Shown here piece by piece: positions 16,903-30,360 of a stretch of 64,000 bases of DNA (position 1 is the stretch's first letter; each line of letters begins with the position of its first letter). Position numbers and translations under genes: made by a program. Source of the DNA: Macrostomum lignano (taxonomy: Eukaryota); contig NIVC01001546.1 in NCBI GenBank assembly GCA_002269645.1, positions 207,043-271,042 on the forward strand. Reading direction: 5' to 3'. The notes below the pieces were generated by a model. The model saw only the letters and a program-made list of their open reading frames with translations. It made no database searches and was not told the DNA's origin.

Positions 16903-17670
16903 GAGTATTACATGCGTTAACCACTGGAAAAGAAATCAATTATTTTAGAACGGATTTTGCTCGATCGAATTCGTCTATGGCAAAACCCCTTCCGGCGCTA
17001 TGCGTTCGCAAGAGATCATACTGAATTTCTAAGAAAATCGAGCGCAGTTTCCTTTTACTAATAGTTGTCGGTTACGCAAATTTTAGTAAATAAAATAACA
17101 CATGGAATTTACCGTTTGCTTCGATGTTGCTAATGTCAATGAAAATTTAACGAATCGACGATGGACGGTTGAAATGAAAAAAAACTGGTTTCAATTGCTT
17201 CCAACTATTGCTGTGTTCGCGCACATTATATATATGGAGAGAGCGGTTGGGACTGTAAAATCCTCCCAGTGATATAGGGCGTAGAAATAGAGTAAGAGAT
17301 CCCATAGGAGAAGAGGGGAAAATGGGGCTGGAAGCCAAGGAACGCCATTGGTGGACAATCATAGCGTGTAGGGACTTTACGTCTGGATTTGGAATCCTTT
17401 CCTTCGTTTTAACGGTTCTATACCCTAAATTTTTTTATAACTCAGCACAGCCACGAAATAACCCTCAACGAAACTTGTGAATTTTTATCGGAATTCTGCT
17501 ATATAAGTCTTAAAGACACTGTAAAGTGCTTGATGCTTCACAGGTGTAATGCACTTTTAGATGATTGGTCACTTTGTGGTGTCAAATTTGGTCCATATCT
17601 TCCAACAATTCAACATGTACATGACTAAATTCCTACATTTCCATTATTTTGAGAATCGTGTTGTCAGCCC

Positions 17671-18166
17671 TCATTTTGGCGCTTCAGACACTCATTTTAG
17701 CGCTGCAGGCACTCATTTTGGCGCCGCAGGCACTCATTTTAGCGCCCCAGGCACTCATTTTAGCGCTGCAGGCACTCATTTTGGCGCCGCAGGCACTCAT
17801 TTTAGCGCCTCAGGCACTCATTTTAGCGCCTCAGGCACTCATTTTGGCGCCTCAGGCACTCATTTTGGCGCCTCAGGCACTCATTTTGGCGCCTCAGGCA
17901 CTCATTTTGGCGCCTCAGGCACTCATTTTAGCGCCTCAGGCACTCATTTTAGCGCCTCAGGCACTCATTTTAGCGCCTCATGCACTCATTTTGGCGCCTC
18001 AGGCACTCATTTTAGCGCCTCAGGCACTCATTTTAGCGCCTCAGGCACTCATTTTAGCGCCTCAGGCACTCATTTTGGCGCTACAGGCACTCATTTTAGC
18101 GCTACAGGCACTCATTTTAGCGCCGTAGGCACTCATTTTAGCGCCTCAGGCACTCATTTTGGCGCT
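17671..18166. repeat. 21-bp minisatellite, short copy (about 23 units)
   Basis: Same unit as 9870-12256, ending in a poly-T tract. Confidence 0.95.
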
Positions 18167-18575
18167 TTTTTTTTTTCCTTTTTTTTTCCTGAAGAAAAAT
18201 TATTGATTTCCATAACGTTTAAGTTTAGGTTTAAGTTTCATTAAGTTTCATTTGTAAACATTTTGAAATTTGTGTGTTTTAGGCTACAGCGAACTTCAGA
18301 GCCATCAAGGATTCAGTTATCTGCGGTATAGCAACCAAAGAGAGGAAAATCCTTTGAAAATTGATCAAACTGTCAGAAACAAAAATGCAGTGAACAGATT
18401 TTGTTCAAAGATCGTTGCTTGTCGGAAAAAAAGGAAATTGGCAAGTCATGCACATTCTGAACCCTGAGCAGGCCCACACGCACTCACACTGGGTGTCCAG
18501 AGGGCCTGTCCAGACAGACAGATAGGATCAGACAGTTTAAAATCAAAGAATTGGTAGGTGGGGGTGGGGGCTGTT

Positions 18576-19500
18576 TTACGGCTCTTGGAAGAGCTGCGGA
18601 CCCTGACGGGCGTACAAGAGGTCGTCTCTAGTTGACCCCATGGGCAAGTGGGGGCGAAGGAATCCTATGGCATTTCTTAGAAAGGAACTGGAAAAGAGAG
18701 AGACGAAGGGAGCGGGACAGGCGAGAAGGAAACCGGCCTGTCGGTCTCTTTTTAACTGCACCCACGAGACGGTTGGAGAGGCTCGGTGTGAACCGAAGCA
18801 CTTGGAGCACAATGTCAACACGAGTGTCGCCCCCGGATTCCCCGGGCCTGCCAGCCTCCAAATCTCTTCTCTACTTTTCCCTCGCCCGATCCTCTCCCCT
18901 TCATCAGCGGCTCCCATGCTATAGTCCTATTCCCTAGTTTTCAGTTAAGCCTCCAGCGGTCTATTTTGCTTCTACCCTTGACCGCATCTTAATCCCAAAT
19001 CCCAATTTGTAGGGCAACAGCCGAGATGCCTGGGCCCCCCTTCTTAACAGGAAGAAAACATATACTCGGACAGAGTCCGGCCGCGCCGGTCTTATTCGCA
19101 ACCCAGGCCCGGCTAGATTGGCTTCCTCTAGGAGTAAGTTCCAAAAACTTTTTTTGGAAGCAAGGAGACTGAGCAAGAGTGAGAGCGAGTATAGCAGAGA
19201 TTTCTGAGTAATCTTCTACGGAGATCAGGCATATGCTTCCAAAGGGGAAATAAAGTGGCAAATTCTTGAAACACACACACCCGGCGGCTGCATCAATCTT
19301 AAGATTTTGCGGGTTGCTATTTTCTAGGGATTTAAGGCTGGGTTTGGCAGGGGCGGTTCGATAGTTGATTCCCAAATGTTTTGAGTCTCGTACTTCAGTC
19401 GCTATAGATTCCGTAGCTGTATGTTTGGTTATTAAAAACTGAATTTTTGCAATTATTCCGTAGAAATCTGTTTCTAGGAAAATAAATATCAGAGCGAGGG
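18576..19500 (-). mobile_element. Possible degenerate non-LTR retrotransposon fragment
   Basis: Minus frames contain SKHLGINY (YLG-like), CFLPVKKGGPGI (like the LPxKxGGLG motif after RT in R2/CRE/RTE-type elements) and CSKCFGSH. Spacing is abnormal and there are stops. Confidence 0.3.
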
Positions 19501-19507
19501 GTAGCCG

Positions 19508-20165
19508 GATCAAGAGCGGGTGACAGAGAGGGTGACAGAGCGGGTGACAGAGCGGGTGACAGAGCGGGTGACAGAGCGGAGCAAAAGCGGGTGACAGAGC
19601 GGGTGACAGAGCGGAGCAAAAGCGGGTGACAGAGCGGAGCAAAAGCGGGTGACAGAGCGGAGTAAAAGCGGGTGACAGAGCGGGTGACAGAGCGGAGCAA
19701 AAGCGGGTGACAGAGCGGAGCAAAAGCGGGTGACAGAGCGGAGTAAAAGCGGGTGACAGAGCGGAGCAAGAGCGGGTGACAGAGCGGGTGACAGAGCGGA
19801 GCAAAAGCGGGTGACAGAGCGGAGCAAAAGCGGGTGACAGAGCGGAGTAAAAGCGGGTGACAGAGCGGGTGACAGAGCGGAGCAAAAGCGGGTGACAGAG
19901 CGGAGTAAAAGCGGGTGACAGAGCGGGTGACAGAGCGGAGCAAAAGCGGGTGACAGAGCGGAGCAAAAGCGGGTGACAGAGCGGAGTAAAAGCGGGTGAC
20001 AGAGCGGAGCAAAAGCGGGTGACAGAGCGGGTGACAGAGCGGAGCAAAAGCGGGTGACAGAGCGGAGCAAAAGCGGGTGACAGAGCGGAGTAAAAGCGGG
20101 TGACAGAGCGGAGCAAAAGCGGGTGACAGAGCGGGGCAAAAGCGGGTGACAGCAGGGGTGACAGG
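19508..20165. repeat. Composite minisatellite of 12-bp GAGCGGGTGACA and 23-bp GAGCGGAGCAAAAGCGGGTGACA units
   Basis: Directly visible. Confidence 0.93.
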
Positions 20166-20924
20166 GAACATAGAGCGGAGTTCAAAGTCAAGACTGCCTA
20201 AACTTGTCTAAAAAACAGTCGGCAACGACTCTGCACGCCCGCAGGATTAAGAAGGCACAGCAAGGGCGAACAGAACTGGTCCAATTCCATTCAGATTAAA
20301 CCCGAAAAGAACTCTACGCCGGCAGAGATTAGTGGATGCGGAGGGGATTATCCGCCAAGACAAAGTTGACAGCAGCTCATTAAGAGTCGTGACAGTCGTG
20401 GAGCATTGGACTAAGCGACTGCCAAAAAGTTTACAGTTACCATGGCAGTCTTGTCCACACGAAACCAACAGAGTTAGGAATGGCTGGAACTGGCCGCAGA
20501 AACTAAAAGACAATCAACTGCAGCAAAGCTGCTGTCAAGGGCGCTAAGCCACCCAATGCTGCAGTTGCTCCGAAGGATTCATGCAGCCAGCGGGAAGAGT
20601 TGCATCGTGCAACAAAGACTTCTCCGTCAGTTTGTGCAACTAAGCTATCAGTGCATCAATCCAACACAGCTCGGGAGCTGAGCATTCCAGCTGCACTGGA
20701 GCTTCCGTTCTCTTGCTAGGGGAAAGAGAGACAGGAACGAACGATTCCAGATGCGCATGTTGCTGAGCCACTGAAGGAAAATCAATGAAAATTCTATTTA
20801 GTCCGCGGAACGCATGGGAAAAGAACAGATCCTCTGCCTTGGCTACTAAAGACACGTCTGGAAAATCATTCGCCTCATGTCTGGATTGTGTCTTTAGTGT
20901 CCGTCTAAATGTGCATTTAGTGTC

Positions 20925-21880
20925 TGTCTCGTGTCTTTAGTGTCTGTCTCAGTGAGTCTTCAGTGTCTGTCTTAATGAGTCTTCAGTGTCTGTCTCAGTG
21001 AGTCTTCAGTGTCTGTCTCAGTGAGTCTTCAGTGTCTGTCTTAATGAGTCTTCAGTGTCTGTCTCAGTGACCCTTCAGTGTCTGTCTTAATGAGTCTTCA
21101 GTGTCTGTCTTAATGAGTCTTCAGTGTCTGTCTTAATGAGTCTTCAGTGTCTGTCTTAATGAGTCTTCAGTGTCTGTCTTAATGAGTCTTCAGTGTCTGT
21201 CTTAATGAGTCTTCAGTGTCTGTCTTAATGAGTCTTCAGTGTCTGTCTTAATGAGTCTTCAGTGTCTGTCTTAATGAGTCTTCAGTGTCTGTCTTAATGA
21301 GTCTTCAGTGTCTGTCTTAATGAGTCTTCAGTGTCTGTCTTAATGAGTCTTCAGTGTCTGTCTTAATGAGTCTTCAGTGTCTGTCTTAATGAGTCTTCAG
21401 TGTCTGTCTTAATGAGTCTTCAGTGTCTGTCTCAGTGACTCTTCAGTGTCTGTCTTAATGAGTCTTCAGTGTCTGTCTCAGTGAGTCTTCAGTGTCTGTC
21501 TCAGTGACTCTTCAGTGTCTGTCTCAGTGAGTCTTCAGTGTCTGTCTCAGTAAGTCTTCAGTGTCTGTCTCAGTGAGTCTTCAGTGTCTGTTTCAGTGAG
21601 TCTTCAGTGTCTGTCTCAGTGAGTCTTCAGTGTCTGTCTCAGTGACTCTTCAGTGTCTGTCTCAGTGAGTCTTCAGTGTCTGTCTCAGTGAGTCTTCAGT
21701 GTCTGTCTCAGTAAGTCTTCAGTGTCTGTCTCAGTGAGTCTTCAGTGTCTGTTTCAGTGAGTCTTCAGTGTCTGTCTCAGTGAGTCTTCAGTGTCTGTCT
21801 CAGTGACTCTTCAGTGTCTGTCTCAGTGAGTCTTCAGTGTCTGTCTCAGTGAGTCTTCAGTGTCTGTCTCAGTGTGTGCT
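20925..21880. repeat. Minisatellite, 23-bp unit GAGTCTTCAGTGTCTGTCT(TAAT/CAGT), about 41 copies
   Basis: Directly visible. The TAAT variant dominates the left half and CAGT the right half. Confidence 0.95.
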
Positions 21881-23168
21881 TCAAGAGCGTAAAAAACTAT
21901 TGGTGTAACGGCAAACAGTTCTATATACAAAAATCTCTACGAAAAACAAATTCGTTTATAAATAAATTTTATATGGCCCAAGCATGTCAACGGAGAAGTT
22001 AGCTTTAAAGTATTCTATAGCGACTTCATGCATCGAATTTAGAAGAAGCAGTTACCTATCAGCGACATGACTTGGTGCAGTTATTAGAAATCTGATCATG
22101 ATCAGTTTTGGCTTCAAGGCCGACCCCATCCCCCGACTTTTAATGGGTCCAAGCATCCTAATTCATTATTATTCAGGGCAGCTACTCACCAAACATCATC
22201 TACATGTCAATCCACAAAAGCCTTCACTCTCTCTGCAGTCTAGCAAAATGAAAAAAAATCGCCCCATCAGCTGGGACAACACTGATCTCGTTTCCTCTTA
22301 ACCTCGGGAGTCGGGACATGAGTGCGCTGCATGGCGCTGGTCATTGGCCCCCCCCCCCGGACCTCATTGTCCTATTAGGTTTCTATATTGTTGAAATCTT
22401 GATTCAGTAGTTGCGTGATGGCAGACAGACAGGCAGACAGGAAGGCTTAATGTTGGGCAGATTGGGGCAATGAGAGACTATGAACTCGACATTGGTGAAA
22501 TTGGGACTAGATAGACAAGAAATGATGAAATTTGAAACACCCACAGACAGGCAGACTGACTGACAAAACAATTTGCATCTTTAAATATTGAATATTAAAA
22601 TAAACAGAAATTTTATAGTTTAGTCAATTCCTTCCAGAGAACTTTATCTGCTTAGTTTTCTGTTTACATCTTTTACAAGTGTGGGCAACTGTCTATTTTA
22701 AAGTTTTTTCAGACTTTAAACAAATTTCACAATCTCATTCATTTTATAAAGATTACTTCATGCTTCATTTAGAAAGATCGCGAAACTCACTATGCTATTT
22801 GTAAGTAGGGTATGCAGTTAAATTTTGTATAAAAATTGAGGGCATTGATATTTATAAACATTGGGGATTTATGAAATGCAATCGTTTTACCTGTAATGCC
22901 GCCTGTGATTGAATATGAGTATTGTTAGGATTTTCACACTAAACAAAATTCAATAAGCAAGTGAAAGTGTGACGCAGTCGAAAGCGGAATAGGGCCAGTG
23001 CAAGCTACAGGTGCTTATCAATGATTGGCTGATTAGTGTATATATACGGAACCAAGGTTAGATGCACAACAAAACGCTGTTTGGTGTTTCAATTTTATGT
23101 ACTTCTGTGCAAAATTCGTGCAGGTAAAATCCGTAGTCTGCGCCAAAAATCTCATTTTCCAAGAAACA

Positions 23169-25756
23169 CTATTTGGCATCGCCGAACAGAGCCATCAGCT
23201 GTTTGACACGAGAACCGCCGCCAACCTGTAGGCCGATCGCGCCGCTTGCTGACGCGCTTCTCGACGTTTTCGCAGCCGCCGACATCTCCGACACGCAGCG
23301 GCGCCAGGCGGAATCCCGACGCTCCGTCGTTGTAGGTGTCACCGACATCGTCGACACACTGCCGTTCGACGGTCGCCGACGCTCTGGGGTGCGACAGTCT
23401 CTGGCAGGAGCCGGTTGCAGCTGCACTGGTGGCACGTAGGCAAAAGGCGAAGTCTTGGCCAGGCGTAGGGAGATCTCGATCTCGGATTCCACCTGAGGCG
23501 TGGCGGCGTCGACTGTGCTATCCGATTCGTCGGCGGTTGTTGTCTTTGTCGAACGATCGGAATTGGAGCAGCTCGGGGCTGGCGTGGAGATCTCGGGTAT
23601 TTTAGACAGCTCAGTGACCACCGTGCTGCCGTCCTCGCCAATGGAGAGCAGCTTTTGGCGATCGCAGTCAGCGGGTAGCGATTCGGGCAGCTGCTCCTCC
23701 TCCACCTGGATTTGACACATTTATTAGGATAGATGAAAAACCATGACGAGCTATTTTTCTGAGGCACCTGAAGGACTTAAAGCTAGTCTTCTACACACAC
23801 TAAAACGATATTTTAAAATCTAAAGCTACTTTTGGGGGGGCTTCTGTAACATGTAGGTCCAGGCACCTCAAGAGGGACTCATAGCTAGTCAATATACTAA
23901 AATGATACTAAATATAAAGCCCCTTTTTTGGGGCTTCTATAGAGGGCACCTCAAGAGGGACTTACAACTAGTCTACACACACTAAAACGATATTAAAATC
24001 TAAAGCTACTTTTTGGGGGGCTTCTGTAACATGTAGGTCCAGGCACCTCAAGAGGGACTCATAGCTAGTCCATATATACTAAATTTACAAGCACTATTCG
24101 GATACTAAAATACTATGCAAATAATACAGATTAGATCTTTTCATTTCATTGCGCACCTTCAAGGCCACAAAATAATCATCGGCGTTTGATTGAAAGCGCC
24201 GGAACAATCTGCTCGGATTTTGATCCGGCGAGGTCGGCGAGCCGGTCCCGCTGGCTTTTGAACCTCGTCGACTCTGATTGAACGCCTCCAGCTCCTCCTG
24301 CGTTGTTTCGTGATGAAACAAGCGGTACATACCTCCGGTTGCGCCGCCAGCAGCTGACGGTCGCCTAAGCAGTTGGGCAGGCCGACCGCCCAAGCTCGGC
24401 GTAGTCACTGTGCTGGCGTCCAACGAAAACTTTCGTCGGTTAGACGACGATATCGAAGACATCGACTGAATAGGCTTTGCTGCCGTTTCAACAGCGCCTG
24501 GGGAAGCTTTACTTGTCACTAAAGTTTCCGAGGTCACTAGGGATCCTCTTGAAGACAGTCGCCTGTTGCGTCTCAGGTCGCAGCTGGAGACAGTGTTCAA
24601 CCGACCGGCCCTGCCGATAGAGCCGTCGAAGCTCTCCGACAGGTTGTCAGTCACCAGTGGCGAATCCTCCTCAGCTAGAGTTGGCATGGGGTCCACAGAA
24701 GCAGACGGCGACACCGGCGCCGCCAGAAGACAGTGCGGCGAGTGCGGCTGCGACACCTGCGGCTGCGACGTCTGCGGCAGCTGGAGTAGTATTGGAGACT
24801 TCGCTGTGCTCGGTAGGGAAGCTGACGTGCTCGAGACAGTTGCGTACGGCTCGGGCTTGAAAAGGTGAAAATTAATGCACTAGTTACAGCATATAAGTTC
24901 AATACCAATTTGCTTATTACTGTACTGTTAAACTATTATAAAACTATAGGCAAGATTTTGTAGAGCGCAGTCAGGTCAATTGTCAATGGCTAAACCCACC
25001 CTCGCAAAGAAACTGTTTAAAAGTCTTTACAGATATGCTGCCTCAAGCAACAGTCAAACGAAATCAAGTAGCCACGAGGTTAATCGCCCGCTGAGAATGT
25101 CTATGGCCAAAAGATCATGAATTTATTCAATGCAAAGCTAGCAGGCGGTCAACGAAACACTTTACACATCCACCGAGACTGTCTATGGTAAATTCCTCAC
25201 TTGACTCTAGTCCATAACTTCTATGGTCGAGATCGAATGGTCCAATATTACAAAATCAAACAGTAAAAATGGTTTTAAAACTAACCAAAAACCTGCGCGG
25301 TCTCATTCTGGACAAAGTATAGGCCTCGTAGCTGTAAGTCACCACACGGCTTTTGTGTCTGATTTATTCTTTATATATGAGTGTCAGGCAGGTATTAAAG
25401 GCCAGTTTTAAGTTAGCTAAATGGGCCATTCATGCACACACACTAACGCTGCAAGTCCATGTACTTCTGCTGTATCAAGAAAATCCTAATCCTTTAATAT
25501 AGCTACAGGAAGTGGGGCACAAGGCTAATTCATTCTCAAACAAGTAGAGCAAACTCTGAATTGCTCACAAGAAATATAGAGCATACCTTGGGACCCCGGT
25601 CTTTATAGGTAGCCACTGTATTGAAATAATTTTCGTAGCTTCGCCAGCAGTAACATCCAGTATATGACTATTAAATCTGTGTTTATTCAAATTCTATCTA
25701 GCTAAGATAGATAACTAGATAGATGAATAGACAGATAGATAGAGAGATAGATAGAC

Positions 25757-25814
<58 letters not shown>

Positions 25815-25914
25815 TTAGATAGATAGAGAGATAGATAGACAGATAGATAGATAGATAGAGATAGATAGATAGACAGATAGATAGATACATAGATAGATAG
25901 ATAGATAGATAGAC

Positions 25915-25945
<31 letters not shown>

Positions 25946-25946
25946 C

Positions 25947-25985
<39 letters not shown>

Positions 25986-26100
25986 CAGATAGATAGATAG
26001 ATAGATAGATAGAGAGATAGATAGACAGATAGATAGATAGATAGAGATAGATAGATAGACAGATAGATAGATACATAGATAGATAGATAGATAGATAGAC

Positions 26101-26131
<31 letters not shown>

Positions 26132-26132
26132 C

Positions 26133-26167
<35 letters not shown>

Positions 26168-26180
26168 CAGATAGATAGAC

Positions 26181-26255
<75 letters not shown>

Positions 26256-26366
26256 GAGATAGATAGATAGATAGATAGAGAGATAGATAGACAGATAGAT
26301 AGATAGATAGAGATAGATAGATAGACAGATAGATAGATACATAGATAGATAGATAGATAGATAGAC

Positions 26367-26397
<31 letters not shown>

Positions 26398-26398
26398 C

Positions 26399-26433
<35 letters not shown>

Positions 26434-26446
26434 CAGATAGATAGAC

Positions 26447-26509
<63 letters not shown>

Positions 26510-26510
26510 C

Positions 26511-26549
<39 letters not shown>

Positions 26550-26641
26550 CAGATAGATAGACAGATAGATAGATAGATATATAATAGACAGATAGATAGA
26601 TAGATAGATAGATGGATAGATAGATAGATAGATAGATAGAC

Positions 26642-26683
<42 letters not shown>

Positions 26684-26704
26684 CAGATAGATAGACAGAT
26701 AGAC

Positions 26705-26766
<62 letters not shown>

Positions 26767-26787
26767 CAGATAGATAGACAGATAGAC

Positions 26788-26852
<65 letters not shown>

Positions 26853-26886
26853 GCAGATAGATAGACAGATAGACAGATAGATAGAC

Positions 26887-26936
<50 letters not shown>

Positions 26937-26957
26937 CAGATAGATAGACAGATAGAC

Positions 26958-27031
<74 letters not shown>

Positions 27032-27052
27032 CAGATAGATAGACAGATAGAC

Positions 27053-27122
<70 letters not shown>

Positions 27123-27155
27123 CAGATAGATAGACAGATAGACAGATAGATAGAC

Positions 27156-27217
<62 letters not shown>

Positions 27218-27238
27218 CAGATAGATAGACAGATAGAC

Positions 27239-27292
<54 letters not shown>

Positions 27293-27313
27293 CAGATAGA
27301 TAGACAGATAGAC

Positions 27314-27375
<62 letters not shown>

Positions 27376-27416
27376 CAGATAGATAGACAGATAGACAGAT
27401 AGATAGACAGATAGAC

Positions 27417-27450
<34 letters not shown>

Positions 27451-27982
27451 CAGACAGACAGATAGAAAGGCATACGAGCACGGACAGAGATTGAATAAAA
27501 AATGGACCAGAGCCAGATTTTATATAGATTTAAGAGTAGTGCAGTTTATTAAAGCAAATTCTCACCTGCACACAGACTCCTGCAGTAGACGCAGCAGCAG
27601 CCGCCCTGTCCCCATGCAGCCTGGCAAACTCTGCCATCACGGCTTCCGCATGCGCCCTGGTATGAAAGGGACTCCTGTCTGCCGGTCGGAACCTTCTAAT
27701 CTCGCACTCCTCGCACAGCGCCGAACTGGACGAAGCACGACGAACTCCAGTCGTTGCAGAAGTATCTGCAGCACCGTCGCAGCTTACGTTGCTCAGCTCC
27801 TGCCAGGACCCTCGCCGATCCCCGTCGCTATAGGTTGAATAGTAAGCCGATTCTGCGGAACCGCGCCGCTCCTGATGCTGCAGAAGGTCCCGCGCGGCAG
27901 CAGCTGCCGCCACCGCTGCTGGCACATTCAGTGCCGCCCTATTAGACGGCGCATACAGATGCTGAGGGGCTTCGGTTGTCAT
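23169..27982 (-). CDS. Uncharacterised low-complexity Ser/Ala/Thr-rich protein, about 550 aa; exons 27982-27566, 24855-24157, 23705-23169
   Basis: Three GC-rich open frames join in phase 0 at canonical sites (GTGCAG|gtgag, ttttcaag|CCC, AAG|gtgcg, atccag|GTG). Exon lengths are 417, 699 and 537 nt, with no internal stops. Confidence 0.8.
23763..24085. repeat. Intronic tandem repeat, about 180-bp unit x2 with about 90-bp subunits
   Basis: GGCACCTCAAGAGGGAC recurs at about 90-bp spacing, and CTACACACACTAAAACGATATT occurs twice. Confidence 0.8.
25705..27460. repeat. (GATA/GACA)n microsatellite, about 1.75 kb, in intron 1 of the uncharacterised gene
   Basis: Directly visible. Confidence 0.98.
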
Positions 27983-28601
27983 TATAATATTATAATTAGA
28001 TTGCCTATAGCTTGACGCGGTGTTTTTATCGCCAATTTCGTTGGAATTATGCTTCTTTATATACAGCCTGCTGGTCTCTCATATCTGCTACCAGACAGCT
28101 GTTGTTTATTTGGCGCAAAATTCACGCACAGCTGTTGGTGAGGCGCAGACTCTATAGAGTGCGCGTACGAGTATAGAGAAGTATAAAAATTAAGCATTCA
28201 AAGCTTGTTTATTGGCTGAGAAGACTATATATGCACGAGTAAGTGAATATAGATGAGATGCCAACCATTTTTATTTTTTACTGAAGTATCTCTCTGCGAA
28301 GTTTTTTTACTCCTCTGCTACTTTGCTTTTGTAGGTTTGGTTAGAAAATTGTTTTCTTTGAGTTTCATCGTTGCGTCCTGTTTACTTAAGTTTGTTTATT
28401 GCAGAGCAGTTGAGTGAATAAATAAATCCTTTATATTTGCATACACAAAATCTGATTGACTTTCTATAATAAACGCATGTACGCGCTCGTAGATAAACTG
28501 ATTGATTTTATGACACACACCGGCATGTAGGTGTCAAAAAGAATTATTGTATAACTTATTGCAGATTGAGCTAGTGTTTCCTGTGCTGTGTGCATAAAGA
28601 T

Positions 28602-28812
28602 CTGATCATCTGATTGATTGTTGCGCCCATCTGATTGACTGTGGCGCCAATCTGATCAATTGTGGGCCTGTGGCGCCAATCTGATTGACTGTGGTGCTAA
28701 TCTGATCGCTTGTGGCGCCGATTTGATCAACTGTGGCGCTAATCTGATTGACTCTGGCGCCAATCTGACTGATTGTGGCACCGATCTGATTGACTATGGG
28801 GCTAATCTGATA
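28602..28812. repeat. Degenerate 21-bp tandem repeat CTGATTGACTGTGGCGCCAAT, about 9-10 copies
   Basis: Visible periodicity of ATCTGAT and GGCGCC. Confidence 0.8.
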
Positions 28813-30066
28813 TCATTGATGTCGAGCTTCCGTTAGCCTTTTGGAGTGCACCTCAGTCTTACGTTCTACTAAAGTACTTTACGTTAGATTTTAACGCTTC
28901 AATGAAGAATTTGCATGCCGTTGGCCTAAAGTGAACCCAATTCATAGAGGACGGTCTCTAGAGTAGACGGACAACTAATCGATTTACTTAAAAAAGCAAG
29001 TTCATGAACTCAACAAGCCCACGAAGCATGAATTGTTTCTTTAAAGATAAGAAAAATGAAGAGCAAGAAACGTCAGCCTGGTATTCCATGAGTGGTTTTT
29101 TAAGAGTCTGTTTAAGCTGTTCAAGATTCGTTCACATAGGCAGACAGAACGCGGTTCGCTTGTACGCAGGCTCTCGACAAGAGATATTCAACTGTTCCAG
29201 TGCTAAATTGCTTAGCAATGTTGCAGAGTAAAGACAATAGCAGCCTTTCTGGATACCCGCTGCGAAAAGAACTATCAACTGTTCTTATTTTTTCTATCTC
29301 TTAAACCAAACGAATCCCAGTCTCGGTTTAAGCTAGTCTTCTTTTGGTTTTTTTCAAAAACCTTTTTTGACCGAAAGCTTCGTAGCTCTTCTAATTAGTC
29401 TGGGCTATTTTCTCAGCGTAAATAAAAAACACACCTCGTGAGGCTGCCTTGCGCGTTAACGGGCTGTTTTTTTATTGATCAAATATCGCGTGTTTACCTT
29501 TGCTTGCGTGCTGCATCACATGATGAACTGAGCAAACTCTTATTAGTTAGCTGTTCTGGTTAGCAAATTTAATAGATTTATGAGTATCGTTAGATAAGAG
29601 TCGTTTTTAGGCCCTATGTTTTAGCTATTCTCAATATAAATAACGAAGGACGAAACCATTTGAGACCATCAAGATATTCAACTGACTTTTCGTTTTAAAA
29701 TATCAGGAACTACAAATATAAGATAGTTATAGTTAGCTGACTAAGGTTTACACAAGCTGCTCTGGAATCTTCTAGCAAAACAATTGAAAAACTGCACTTA
29801 AGAACTACTTGTGTACCCATTTCAGCGAATATAGTTTACTATACTCCTATCGCATAATTGCTAAATGAATTCTTAAAAAACTGTCTGAAAGAAGACTGAA
29901 TTGTTGAAATTTAAATCGTTTATTACATATAGAAAACGTGATTTCATTTTATTTATTAGTAACGATAGAGATATACTTGCACTAATTAAATGCATTTAAC
30001 AAATAAAAAGTTCTCAAACGGTGTCGAGTTATATAACCAAACCCAGCCCCCCTAATTTAAACACGA

Positions 30067-30309
30067 TTAAGCCTTGCGCTTTTGGGCGCTGATGTACAAC
30101 ACATTGTTGCCGCGAAGAAAAGCGATACCATACTTGGCCTTGAGCTGACCATTGATGTACTCCTCGGTCTGGTCTAGCACAATATTCATAAAGCCATCCA
30201 GACAGACAAGAACGCCGCGATAGTCGACACCAGAGTTTAATTTAACAACAACCGGACGGTGGATTATTTGTTTAAGGAAATCGCTCGGCGTCTGTCGAGT
30301 GCTACTCAT
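30067..30309 (-). CDS. LSM6: U6 snRNA-associated Sm-like protein LSm6, 80 aa, single coding exon
   Basis: QTPSDFLKQII.RPVVVKLNSGVDYRGVL.CLDG.MNI.L.QTEEY.NGQLK.KYG.AF.RGNNVLYIS matches the LSm6 sequence I recognise. AATAAA lies at 29957-29952, and a 3' splice site 23 nt upstream of the ATG. Confidence 0.97.
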   Translation of the reverse strand: MSSTRQTPSDFLKQIIHRPVVVKLNSGVDYRGVLVCLDGFMNIVLDQTEEYINGQLKAKYGIAFLRGNNVLYISAQKRKA

Positions 30310-30332
30310 AGTAGGCTACGGTGGGCGATAGG

Positions 30333-30360
30333 CTGAAATAGTTAAAAAGTTAAGAAAAAT
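30333..30360 (-). promoter_or_regulatory. Strong 3' splice acceptor upstream of LSM6 (5'UTR intron or trans-splice site)
   Basis: Minus strand reads atttttcttaactttttaactatttcag|CCTATC, with branch-like TTAAC, a pyrimidine tract and TTTCAG. Confidence 0.6.

Noticed and set aside
30067-30309. LSM6 as a processed retrocopy
   Set aside because: There is no poly(A) tail or TSD. It has an intact ORF, a genomic AATAAA and an upstream splice acceptor, consistent with a normal gene.
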